A stretch of 64,000 nucleotides of DNA, from positions 22,258,001 through 22,322,000 of the forward strand of contig NC_043002.1 in NCBI RefSeq assembly GCF_006345805.1, written 5' to 3'. The position numbers were made by a program, and so were the translations under genes. A model generated the notes under the pieces. It was not told where the DNA came from, searched no databases, and was given only the letters and a program-made list of their open reading frames with translations. The stretch comes from Octopus sinensis. Taxonomy: Eukaryota. Every line of letters begins with the position of its first letter. Positions within the stretch are counted from its first letter, which is position 1. Of the stretch, positions 25,045 to 37,239 are shown piece by piece.

Positions 25045-25311
25045 TCTGTGTGAGTGTGTATAGGTATGTATGTGTGTATTTGTGTGCTTTATGCATGTAT
25101 TTATCATCCCACTATCGCGTTTCAAACGTTCTTGGTTTGTTAACATCTTCGTAACTTAGCGGTTCGGCGAAAGGGGCCGATAAGTTAAGTGCGAGCCTTA
25201 AAACGAAAGTACTGGGATCGATTTGTTCGAATAAACATTTCAAGGCGGTGCTCCAGCGTGGCCGCAATCCGCCGATAGAATAAAGTAAGAAGAAAGAAAT
25301 GCATAAATAAA

Positions 25312-25720
25312 TGGAGTGGCTGTCTGGTAAGTAGCTTGCTTACCAGCCACATGGTTCCGGGTTCAGTCCCACTGCGTGGCACCTTGGGCAAGTGTCTTCT
25401 ATTATAGCCTCGGGCCGACCAAAGCCTTGTGAGTGGATTTGGTAGACGGAAACTAAAAGAAGCCCGTCGTATATATGTATATATATGTGTGTGCGTGTAT
25501 GTTTGTGTGTCTGTGTTTGTCCCCTTAGCATTGCTTGACAACCGATACTGGTGTGTTTATGTCCCCGTCACTTAGCAGTTCGGCAAAAGAGACCGATAGA
25601 ATAAGTACTGGGCTTACAAAGAATAAGTCCCGGGATCGAGTTGCTCGACTAAAGGCGGTGCTCCAGCATGGCCGCAGTCAACTGACTGAATAAGTAAAAG
25701 AGTAAAAAGAGTAAAAAGAG
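25312..25720 (+). mobile_element. Full-length S2 CORE-like SINE
   Basis: tRNA head (TGGCTGTCTGG, GGTTCAGTCCC), CCTTGGGCAAGTGTCTT core, internal TA/TG microsatellite, LINE-like tail, (GAGTAAAA)n end. A tail-only copy lies at about 25100-25290. Confidence 0.9.
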
Positions 25721-26261
25721 TATTGCACCGCACCACGCCTTACAATTTTTCCGTCTAACAACGATGTCTTGGTTCGCATCAACAGGCCTTGATTCAATCC
25801 TTATAAAACTCAGCCAACCAACCAAATGCTTCGTTATTTACCACACACACACACACACTCGCAAGCAACCCGTTTCTCACCCACCCATCCCCACCCAAGC
25901 ACCATCACTGCCTCCATCACCGGGTTTTGTAATCTAAATTTAAAGAGCTACCCGTTTCCTTCCTTTCTTCATTCGCGCCATCTGAAAGTTGCCATAAACA
26001 CAGACCTCACCCGTTGAAAACGCTGACAAGAAACAGCAGTAGCCATTTTGATTTGTCACTGTACTTCGCTTCCTTACTTTCTCTAATCATTGTTATCGTC
26101 ATCGCTGTTGTTGTTGTTGCTGTTGTTGATGTTATTGAATTATCCTTTCTTTTTTTTGTTTGCCTTTTCTCTAATTTTATTTATATTTTTTGCTTTTTCT
26201 TTTCCAATTCGTTTATATTGTTAGTTGTTGGTGTTATTATTATTGTTGTTACTACTACTAT

Positions 26262-26330
<69 letters not shown>

Positions 26331-26391
26331 CACCAGCACTATTGATACCGTTTTATTATTATTATCATTATTGTTGTTGTTGCTGTTATTG

Positions 26392-26453
<62 letters not shown>

Positions 26454-27525
26454 GTTATCATCAGTGTGATTAGTACTTCATTTTGTTTTATTTATTATTT
26501 TTTGCTCCTTGTCGAAGCTGACAACAAGATCGGAGACAACTTGCAGTGTTTACTAACAAGAATATGTGCCAGACGACCGGATATAGTCAAGCAGAACCGG
26601 AAATGGACTCCATATTGATGTCTCTACCCGAGGTTTACACACACCTCAGCGGTTTTCTTCCCCTTTCCGCAGTCTATATGCGCACAGCCTCAGATTATTT
26701 TTCAACCACACACACACACGCGTATTTGGTCCTCAGTGATATGTACAGATACCTACATGCCTACACAAATACATACATGCATACATGTGCATATAATATG
26801 AATTTGAGTATGTGTGTTTCTATCTTTATATACATACATACAACCACATTTATACATGTGTGTGTGTATATATATATGTTCCACAGTTCCGGGAAAATGC
26901 AAAGAAAGGTAGGCATACATATGGCGAAGATGTGTTTATACTGACGCGATATAGATAGATAAACACGGGCATATACACCCACAGTCAAGGAAACTGTTAA
27001 ACACACACACAGAGATACTCAGGCTTATACACACATGTACACATGTACACATTGACACAATCACATAATATTTACAATGACGATGTTTAACAGTAGCATA
27101 TACAAATATACACGCTCGCACAGACACAGAAAACTATACAGAGGCAAAACCCTAACTACACTCACACTAAGAGAATGTTTATATTCATTATATACACACT
27201 CACAACCGATCAATCATATAGACACACGCAAACACATACATACATTCGCACACGCATGAACACTTTGACGCATGCATAAACATATATTCATACATACAAA
27301 CACTCTGATTTATGTATACGTGCATGAGATATACATGTTCACACGTATGTATACTGTTTAAGATTGTTTATACTGATGACGTGTGTACATTTACAAAGTT
27401 ATAAATAAATCCATTCAAGACAATCACACATGTCTATACATCGCGACACAGGCTGAATTTCACATACACACAAACATATATATTTAAACGCACACACAAA
27501 CATGTATATTTGTACATATCTATCA

Positions 27526-27613
<88 letters not shown>

Positions 27614-27614
27614 G

Positions 27615-27675
<61 letters not shown>

Positions 27676-27827
27676 TTATTTATCTATCTATCTGTTTGAC
27701 TGTCTGTCTGTCTGTCTATCTATCTATCTGTCTATCTATCTATATGTCTATATATCTGCGTGTGTGTGAGTAGAGAAAGAGAGGGAGAAAGAGATAGAGA
27801 GATAGAGAGAGAGAGATGGAGATAAAG

Positions 27828-27894
<67 letters not shown>

Positions 27895-27917
27895 CAGACA
27901 GATAGGTAGGTAGGTAA

Positions 27918-27954
<37 letters not shown>

Positions 27955-28679
27955 AAGAGATAATAAAGCGACCTCAATTCATTCATACAAATGCGAAATC
28001 ATACAAATATAATTATGTAATAAACGTGTCTCTTTCTTTGCATATATAAATGTATATACATATATACGCATATATATACATACAAACAAACATACAGATA
28101 TGTGTACATTCACATGTACATTCACACATACATACATGCATGCATACATGCATACATACATACATACATACATACATACATACATACATACATACATACA
28201 TACATTAATACAGACAGACAGAAGACAAACAAACATGTCCAAAATTCATAAATACACTTATAAATAAACCTACATCACAATTTTGTCATTGACGTTACAC
28301 TCAAACACACACACACAAACAGGCCCACACACACACACTCACACATCACACTCAAATTCATATGTATATATATATATGCATACAATCCATACATACATAT
28401 ACATATATACATGTATATATATATTACCACATATATATATACATATATATATGTATGTGTGTGTGTGTGTGTGTTAAATATATATGCACACACACTCACA
28501 CACACATATATGTGTTATTTATATGTGTGTCTGTGTATAAGAATGGTTTTTGTTGCATTAACGGATGTATACAGAAAAAGGTATCATAAATTAAACAAAT
28601 CCACACATGTGTATATACATTCATGCACCTCCCACACGCACAAATACAGAGAGACAGGGAGACAGGCACACACGCATGT

Positions 28680-28733
<54 letters not shown>

Positions 28734-28750
28734 GTATATATATATGTATA

Positions 28751-28786
<36 letters not shown>

Positions 28787-28838
28787 CATACATATATATA
28801 TGTATTTATATATATGTATATTTATGTATATATATATA

Positions 28839-28892
<54 letters not shown>

Positions 28893-29569
28893 TTGCAAAA
28901 ATACCCGGCGTTGCCCGGTTACATTCAATTGAAGAATTAGACTTTTCTGTTATATTTTCTGTAATGAACTGGAATATCTATGTTTCGAATTTCATCAAAA
29001 TTGCAGATGAGGGTTATTTCCCTCTTTACACACCCTACATCGTGCCACATGTATCCCATACTACTGATTTTTATGCGCATATTCCAAAATTCCAGTGTTA
29101 TTGAACCTGTTAAAAAGATTTTGCTCCTAAAAAATGAAAGTCATGGAGCTCTAAAATGTGAGAGTTAATGCCCCTGTTGGGGGTGGGCATCTTAATGTCA
29201 ACCAGAGAAGTTGAATTGTTGAAAATCTTTTTAACTTGGGTCTTATATATATTATTTGAATTTCTTTGAAATAGGAAATATATGTTCACTGGGTTTGTAA
29301 AAGAGAGCAAAGCTACAGGAAACCAAAAGACGAATGATCACAATAAGCAGTCAGTTACCCTACCCTAGTCGTTACTTGAAGTACCGGTTCAAAAACTATG
29401 TTATATATGTGTGTGTGTGTATACATATATTTATATATATAGGTATACACACACACATACAAAAACACACACACACACACACACACACAGACACACACAC
29501 AAAGATAAATTGATAGATACAACTGAGGGGCAAACAAAAATATGAGACACTTCGTAGTGCTTTTTTACA

Positions 29570-29885
29570 TTTTGATAAGCCTGGTACTTATTGTATCAGT
29601 TTCTTCTTGTGAAACCAGTAAGTTATGGGGATGTAAATAAACGAACACCAGTTGTGAAGCAGTGATGAGGGAGAAACACAAAGACACACACATAGACTTA
29701 CATATATTCATGCATATACATACAATTGATTTCTTTCAGTTTCTATCTACAAAATCCACTGACAAGGCTTCTGTTGGTCTGAGGCTATAGCAGAAGACAC
29801 ATGCCAAGTTACCACACAGTGGGACTGAACTGAGGACCATGTGTTTTGGAACCAAGTTTGTTACCACACAGCCAAACCTGCACCT
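29570..29885 (-). mobile_element. S2 SINE
   Basis: Matches 25312-25620. Confidence 0.75.
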
Positions 29886-30064
29886 ATGTGTGTGTGTGTG
29901 TGTATGTGTGGGTGGGTGGATCGATGTGTGTGTGTATGGGTGTATATATGTATGCATGTATATATATGCATGTATATATATGTATATATATATATGTGTA
30001 CATATTACATGTACATCTATATATACATCTAGACATAAATGTTTACATATACATGTATATCTAT

Positions 30065-30420
30065 AGAAATACAGAGATGACTTGCATAGCAAGTGATTTG
30101 ATCTGAAATCGTGTGCTGAAACGAAAACAATTGCAGCGTGGAAGGTGTTTGTAAGCCATTTAAGAAACACACAAAAGCCGTTCGATTCACTTCAACATTT
30201 AAGTTTACTTTGTCAAAATATTTTCGTCGTTATAAGACCGCGACCTGTTCACTGACAAAAATCCGTGCTGCATCTCAGCGCGGATTTTTGTCAGTGAACA
30301 GGTCGCGGATATTAGCGCGACGAAAATATTTTGACAAATTAAACTTAAATGTTGAAGTGAATCGAACGGCTTTTGTGTGTTTCTTAAATGGCTTACAACA
30401 CCTTCCACGCTGCAATTGTT
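30065..30420. mobile_element. Palindromic element with G3-C8 variant hammerhead
   Basis: Arms at 30126-30270 and 30276-30420, extension at 30065-30125, microsatellite flanks. Confidence 0.75.
30287..30338 (+). ncRNA. Hammerhead-like motif with GUGAACA core (mirror 30209-30259, minus strand)
   Basis: TTTGTCA-GTGAACA-g-GTCGCG-gatattag-CGCGAC-GAAA-ATAT-TT-TGACAAA. Confidence 0.65.
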
Positions 30421-30511
30421 ATAGAAATACATCTATACATATACATGTATACATATACAGCTATACATATACAGCTATACATATACATCTATATATATAC
30501 ATGTGTATATA

Positions 30512-30584
<73 letters not shown>

Positions 30585-31357
30585 ATATATATATATATAT
30601 ATTATATATATATATATAAATACACATCCATATACATACAATAGAGAGATGCTTTTGCTTCACTTTTAACACGTAATACTGAAATAGTGGAGAAGATGTG
30701 ATATTGCTGTGGGCAAGAGGCAAGAAGTTAAACTTTTTTTACCCATGAACTACATGGACCCTAAGTAAGGCATGTGTGAAATTTGAATGAAATTGGTTGT
30801 GTAGTTCTCAAGTTTTAGGGATTCAAACAGACAGACAGACACATTCTCAGTTTTATATATATAAGTGTGTGTCAATATATACATATATACGCTAATATAC
30901 ACACACACATGCACACACATATAAAAAAAAAAAATATATATATATATACGCGCGCGCATACACATGTATGTATTAAAGTGATCTTTTCTCTGTGCACGTG
31001 TTTCGTAATCGGGGCAGCACTTTCTGCATGTATGCGTATCTTTACAAGCATACACATACATTCATACACACATACACACACTTGTCACACACACGCACAC
31101 ACATTTATATATAGGTCGAGAGTGCCTGTTACTGGACAAAATTGTGGTTGAAAATGGTGCCGTGCTGAAACTAAACTCGCTACAAAAGTATATGGGAGAC
31201 TCATGAGGTCTGTAAAAAAAAGTAAAGGAAAAACGACCTAGTCTAGGCTTGTCTTTCACTCGCAAAGATGTGAAGGCACATTGTAAATCCGGGCAGTCAC
31301 TCGGATTTGCCACGTATCTTACCATATCACATGGTAAATCCGGGCATTTAATATACA

Positions 31358-31730
31358 TCTCTCTATATATAAACGGCAGTTTGTCTGTGCGTTTTCTGTG
31401 TGTCTGTTTTCTCGTACCCTCACTCTGACCACGGCTTTCAACCGATTCTGATGAAACCTGACACACACATAGCCCAATATCATAATTCAAAACTAACGCA
31501 GCGAAAATTTTGAAAAGTTCCCCCAGTTCTGAAAAAAATCGATAAATTCGACATGGGGTCGAGAATCAGAAACCCAAACCACAGACCGTCTAGGGGACGC
31601 AACTCCACCTTTTTTAACTCTCAAAAAAAATTTACCATCATTTTTTTGCTATTTTTTGGCTATAACTCTCTAAAAATGCGTTATAGTTATTTCCCTTACA
31701 AACCTGAGCAACGCCGGGCGATACTGCTAG
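31358..31730 (+). mobile_element. Non-autonomous Helitron
   Basis: A|TC 5' end, subterminal hairpin CCTGAGCAACGCCGGG, CTAG|T 3' end. Confidence 0.85.
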
Positions 31731-31736
31731 TATATA

Positions 31737-32233
31737 TTAAATTCAAATTACGATGAACGTAAACAAACAAACGAAGTTTGCTTTAGAAGCGTTAGGATGT
31801 CTTAGAAAGTTAAGGAAATGATTTTAAATTCTCAAACGCAGGATAATGCTAATAATATAGCCTGAACAGGATAAGTTACCCCTATTTTGTAGAAAAATGT
31901 GTTGGCGTCCGGCTTTGAGACCCGAACTCGCACCTCCGTGATTACGCGTCGCGACGCTCTGAACCATTAAGCTAGACCGCCCACACCACAAATCCTTCCG
32001 CAAATTTAAGATATATAGAAATCTCGCTTTATGAGACGCTATCATACGTTAAATTCAAATTACGATGAACGTAAGCAAACAAACAAATTTGCTTTAGAAG
32101 CGTTGAGATGTCTTAGAAAGTTAAAGAAGCGATTTTAAATTCTCAAACGCAGGATAATTCTAATAATATAGCCTGAACAGGATAAGCTACCCCTATTTTG
32201 CAGAAAAACGTGTTGACGGTCGGCTATGAGACC
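31737..32233. repeat. 312-bp tandem repeat (about 1.6 units)
   Basis: TTAAATTCAAATTACGATGAACG at 31737 and 32049. Confidence 0.9.
31903..31981 (-). tRNA. tRNA-like pseudogene (apparent CGT anticodon, Thr)
   Basis: GGCGGTC-TA-GCTT AATGGTTCA GAGC..CGCGA CGCGTAA TCACG..GAGTTCG..., followed by T5. Acceptor and T stems are imperfect. Confidence 0.5.
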
Positions 32234-32581
32234 GCTATGTTCTATATGAACCTTGGATCTAAGTGTAGAAAGTTAGTAAACTTCAAGCAGTGCGTGGTAG
32301 GTATAAAAAGCAACGCTATGAAACAATAGAAATGTATTGGTGACGAAAGTTGTAGGCTTATTTCACATCGGAGTTCAATATACTGAAAAAATGTTTTTCG
32401 CAGCTCACGTTAGCAAATTGAGTTGCTATGAATGCGAATAAAAATCCAAATTGAGGGAGTGGAGCAGGTAAAATCCAGCCTACATATGTTTCCGAGCTAG
32501 GAGATCCTCTGATGTAATAATTACTCAGTGAGGGCTACTCAGGTAGCTACACATCGAGCCGATGATACTTTAATTAAATAG

Positions 32582-32905
32582 GAGCACTCCGTTAGTTGCG
32601 ACGATGACAGTCCTAGCTGATACGATCAACGGAACAGCTTGCTCGTGAAATTAACATGCAAGTGACTGAGCACTCCACAAACACGTGTACCCTTAACGTA
32701 GTTCTCGAGGAGATTCAGCGTGACAGAGTGTGACAAGGCTGGCCCTTTGAAATACAGGTACGACTCATGTTTGCCAGCTGAGTGGACTGGAGCAACATGA
32801 AATAAAGTGTCTTGCTCAAGGACACAACGTGCCGCCGGGAATTGAACTCACGACCTTATGATCATGAGCCGAATGCCCCTAACCACTAAGCCACACGCCC
32901 TCACC
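32582..32905 (-). mobile_element. tRNA SINE with V-domain-like body (family S4, tail Q)
   Basis: Head TGGCTTAGTGGTTAG...GAGTTCAATTCC, body GTTGTGTCCTTGAGCAAGACACTTTA. Confidence 0.8.
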
Positions 32906-33231
32906 TTAATTATACGAAGGTAAACTTACCATTAAGTTAACTCGCTGAAGATACAATGAATAGCGAAGCAGGAAGAGCAGAGAAGAAACAAAAACAAATA
33001 AAAACAAAACAAAAAACAAATGTTTGAATGAATAAGATGGTCAGTAAATTAGAAAAGTGGCGCAAGTGGTCAAATATTTGAGAGTGGGGAATTGTCTAAA
33101 GTTGCTAAGAATAAAGAAAATGAGCAGGGGTGGAGGAGACGGGGGAATTTAGTGTAGACGAATGCCGACTTTAAGGGAAGGGTCATTATGAAGATGAAGC
33201 TGGGATCACTTTACTATGTCTACAGAAAATC

Positions 33232-33540
33232 AGTTGTTGTTTGTTCCTTCTCGAGCCATGCCTGGCTCATAAGGGCCGGTTTCCCGGTTCCTTGGCGTAT
33301 AGGTTCCCCACCTGGACAGGACGCCGGTCCATCGCAGGTGAGCTGCAAGATGCAGTAGGAAAGAGTGAAAGAAAGTTGTGGCGAAAGAGTCAGCAGAAGT
33401 TCGCCATTACCTTCTGCCGGAGCTTCGTGGAGCTTAGGTGTTTCGCTCATAAACACACACATCACCCGGTCTGAGATTCGAATCCGCGATCCCTCGACCG
33501 CGAGTCCGCTGCTCTAACCACTAGGCCATGTGCCTCCACT
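33232..33540 (-). mobile_element. Full-length S3 SINE (tail P)
   Basis: TGGCCTAGTGGTTAGAGC, GATTCGAATCTC, (AAC)n end. Matches 6406-6682. Confidence 0.85.
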
Positions 33541-34137
33541 TTCATTTTTTTGTCAGACGTGCTAAAGATTTTGCCAGCTTGCTGCCTTATACAGAAAATC
33601 AGTACTTCAGCGCATCATTTCTTACTTACTGAACATCTTATTTCTTCTCAAATTAGTTTGTCTTTTTTTTTTGTTTATTGTATTTGGTCTTTCTATTCTG
33701 TTCTTCCGGCTTCGCTACTCATATCTTCGGCGAGTTAAGTTGAAATTCCTTATCGACAATGTAACCTTCATATAATTTAGGGATCTTTGGCCTGATGACT
33801 AGTTGGCTGGGTTCTCCTCATTGGGTAATTATGGCATTAGAGGATCTACTAACTAGGAAACATATGTAGCCTGAATTTGACCTCCTCCACTCCTTTAATT
33901 AACACACATATATAAGAAGGGATGGTATTATTAAAATACCATTACGTTTGGCAAGCGAGTTATCAGCCATACAGGCAAATTAATGCATTATATACATACA
34001 AGATAAGTACTTATATGTATGTATATATATATATTCATATAAACGTACTTGGAAATGGATACTTGGCGTTCAATTAAATAAATATAATATAAATTATATA
34101 TATATATGTATATACATGCATACATACATGCATATAT

Positions 34138-34752
34138 GGGTACAGGACATTACCAACTGTGTAGACAACATGAAATGCGAAAAGATACGAGTTAAATAGG
34201 TAAACAACGAGACAGAAAAAATGGAAAAAAGTAAACACAGAAAGACGACCCTTCATCAGTTGTTGGCTGTCTATCTATTCCTCATTTCGAGCTTTCAACG
34301 ACAATATGAGTCTTCAAAGATTGTTGCACCATAAATTCAAAGATGAAATTTAGGATTTACGGAGGGTCAAAGTTGGGAACAAAAACAGAACAATGGAGAC
34401 ATACAAGGAATCCGAAAGGACCAGAACAAGAGGAAAACAGTGAACACTGGGAGAAATATACTCTTTGAAAACAGAAAAGATACAAGAGAGAGAAAGAAAA
34501 CGTCCAGTCCTTTGAACGTCCGTGCAGGAAAAGAAAGATGGACGATGGCTACGTATGTGCAAGGAGAGAGAGAAAAGAGGGGGACAGAGAAACAGATAGA
34601 AAACGGTGAAAGTTGGAGGAGAAGAAAAGGGTAATTAGAGAAGGACGGTGAGGAAAACAGTAAAGGGTAGAATCGCATCGAAAAGGTTAAGATAAACTTA
34701 CTTGGAAATGGATGCGTTGCGTTCAATTAAATAAATATAATATAAATAATAT
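34138..34752 (-). mobile_element. Microsatellite-flanked repeat family P2 carrying a permuted hammerhead-like motif
   Basis: 3' part recurs at 35035-35157 and 37060-37118. Its terminal ~55 bp is repeated at 34047-34100. Confidence 0.6.
34247..34368 (-). ncRNA. Candidate non-circularly permuted hammerhead ribozyme, second family
   Basis: GACCCT...GTGC...CTCAT-A-TTGTCG..GCTC-GAA-ATGAG...CAACAA-CTGATGA-AGGGTC. Confidence 0.5.
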
Positions 34753-34878
34753 ATATATATGTATGTATATATATATATATGTGGAGGCGGGGTGGCGTCA
34801 TTCGAAGGCTAAAACAATGCGAACGCATTGTGACCAGCGATGTGTAACTACATCTGATTGACTGGTCGGTCACGTGAT

Positions 34879-34925
<47 letters not shown>

Positions 34926-35209
34926 TATGTATATATGTATGTATATATGTATGTATGTATGTATATATGTATGTATGTATGTATGTAATTATGTATGTAT
35001 GTATGTATGTATGTATGTATGTATGTTAGTATGTAGACAGACAGTCGACAATTGGTGAAGGGTCGTTCTCTGTGTTTACTTGTCCTGTTTCCATTTTTCT
35101 CGTGTTTGCGTACTTAACTCGTTTCTTTTCGCATATCATGCTATTTACGCAGTTGGTGTATGAACAACAAGCAGGTGTATTAGTTTGTCGCTCGGGAAAG
35201 TGAACAAAT

Positions 35210-35245
35210 CTTTTACATTTCGAGCCTATGCTCTTCAGCAGAAAG
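35210..35245 (-). ncRNA. Minimal hammerhead variant (A6C core)
   Basis: CTTT-CTGCTGA-a-GAGC-atag-GCTC-GAAA-tg-TA-AAAG. Confidence 0.55.
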
Positions 35246-35322
35246 GAATAAGAGAAAATAAACAGGGAGAATGAAAAAATTGTGGATTTAGCGATCATGC
35301 ATGCATTATGTATGTATGCATG

Positions 35323-35354
<32 letters not shown>

Positions 35355-35355
<1 letters not shown>

Positions 35356-36430
35356 TCGATTCTGTAGATAGGTACAAGATGTTTGAAATCCTTAAGCTCT
35401 ATGGGATACCAGACAAAATTATTACTGCCATCAAGGTCCTCTACACAGATACGTCTTCAACCATCTTAACCCCTGATGGAGAAACATCATCTTTCTCAAT
35501 CAAAGCCGGAATACTGCAGGGAGACACACTCGCCCCATTTCTTTTCATCATTGTTGTTGATTATGTGCTACGTATGTCAGTTGATACCATCTCTGGCAAG
35601 GGCTTTGAAATAAAACCAAGAAGAAGTTCCAGACACCCAGCTGAGTACTTGACAGACACTGACTTTGCTGACGACATCGCTCTTATCAGTGATTCTCTCT
35701 CCAATGCCCAGTCTCTTTTACAATCTCTTGAACAAGCCTCAAATTGCGTAGGTCTTTACCTCAATGAGGCCAAAACTGAATACATAAACAAGTGCCTGTC
35801 CAACAGTGATTGCATCATCCACACTCTCAACAGTGCGCCTTTAAATATGGTTTCTGATTATAAATATCTTGGGTCATACATATCATCATCTGGAAAAGAC
35901 TTTCTAACTAGAAAGGGTATGGCCTGGTCAGCCTGTAATGACATGCATAAGATCTGGTCATCAAATCTAAGTAGAGACTTCAAACTTGAAATATTCAAAG
36001 CCACAGTCGAACCAATTCTACTATATGGCTCAGAAACCTGGACGTTATCAAAGAAGCTTGAGAGGCGGTTGGATGGAACCTACACTCGCCTCCTTATGAG
36101 AGCTCAAAATCTCTCGTGGAGGCGCCATCCAACCAAAATGCAAATATATGGGAAATTACCACCTGTGTCATCTCTTGTGAAAGGTAGGAGAGTCCAGTTT
36201 GCTGGACATTGTTGTAGAGCTGAAAAAGAAGTAATTTCTACTCTTCTCCTCTGGAAGCCATCTACTCGCAACACCAGAGGGCGCACACTCTCCTACCCTG
36301 ATGTAATCTCCAGGGATACAGGCATCCAGCAACAGGACCTCCGTAATGCTATTATGGACCGTGAAGTCTGGCGTAACATAGTAAATTCCATTGTCTCGAC
36401 CACGGTCGAACAATGATGATGATGATGATG
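35355..36430 (+). mobile_element. 5'-truncated RTE-clade LINE, reverse transcriptase C-terminal ORF intact
   Basis: FDSV...GILQGDTLAPFLF...FADDIAL...YKYLGS...LLYGSETW. No stops over about 1060 bp. The stop runs into a (TGA)n tail. Confidence 0.9.
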
Positions 36431-36594
36431 TATGCATGTGTGAAGGAGTGTGGTCTAAATGCAGTCACGGTCTTCACATTGCGGTTTTGGTTTTCAGATC
36501 GAACGGTGCTCAGTGTCCTTGAGCGATACATTTAATTTCCACATATATATTGTGTACGTAAGTATATATACGTAAGTATATATTTCCACATATA

Positions 36595-36862
36595 TATTTC
36601 CACTTTCAATTCGGAGTACTTGGTGAATTTTTCAACCTCTTTACTCACAACATTCATGCCATTTGGTATGGCTACGTCAATGATCTGACAGTATTTGTCT
36701 CTCTTATTCAATATGACAATATCCAGCCGACGCTGTCCCATTACACGATCCGTCTGGAAATCATACTCCAAGAGTATCGTTACTTTTCTATCTTCCTGCA
36801 TAACTTTACTTGCTACATGCTCACACCAGCTCTCTGTTACTTCATATTGGAATTTACGGCAT
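36595..36862 (-). mobile_element. R4/Dong endonuclease fragment
   Basis: YDFQTDRVMGQRRLDIVIL...IIDVAIP...KFTKYSELKVEI. Confidence 0.8.
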
Positions 36863-36906
36863 AAATATAATATAATAATATATATATATGTATGTATGCA
36901 TATATA

Positions 36907-36972
<66 letters not shown>

Positions 36973-37155
36973 GGTATGTATGTATATATGTATGTATATA
37001 TGTATGTATGTATATATGTATGTATGTATGTAGGTATTTATGTATGTATATATGTATGTAGATAGACAGTCGACAATTGGTGAAGGGTCGTTCTCTGTGT
37101 TTACTTGTCCTGTTTCCATAACAGCAACAACAACAACAACAATAACAACAACAAC

Positions 37156-37228
<73 letters not shown>

Positions 37229-37239
37229 TAATAATAATA

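Larger units (their letters stand above)
28891..30866 (-). mobile_element. Probable non-autonomous Helitron with nested insertions
   Basis: 3' hairpin CCGGGCAACGCCGGG + GCAAG at 28891-28920 and Helitron-like 5' end TATATATATAAAACTGAGAATGTGTCTGTC at about 30865. Linking the two ends is inference. Confidence 0.45.

Noticed and set aside
33470-33540. SINE heads as functional tRNA genes
   Set aside because: They continue directly into SINE bodies and lack proper acceptor stems.
35301-35354. ATG start of the 371-aa ORF as a domesticated RT gene
   Set aside because: The N-terminus is read from (TATG)n, and the RT begins mid-domain, as expected for 5' truncation.
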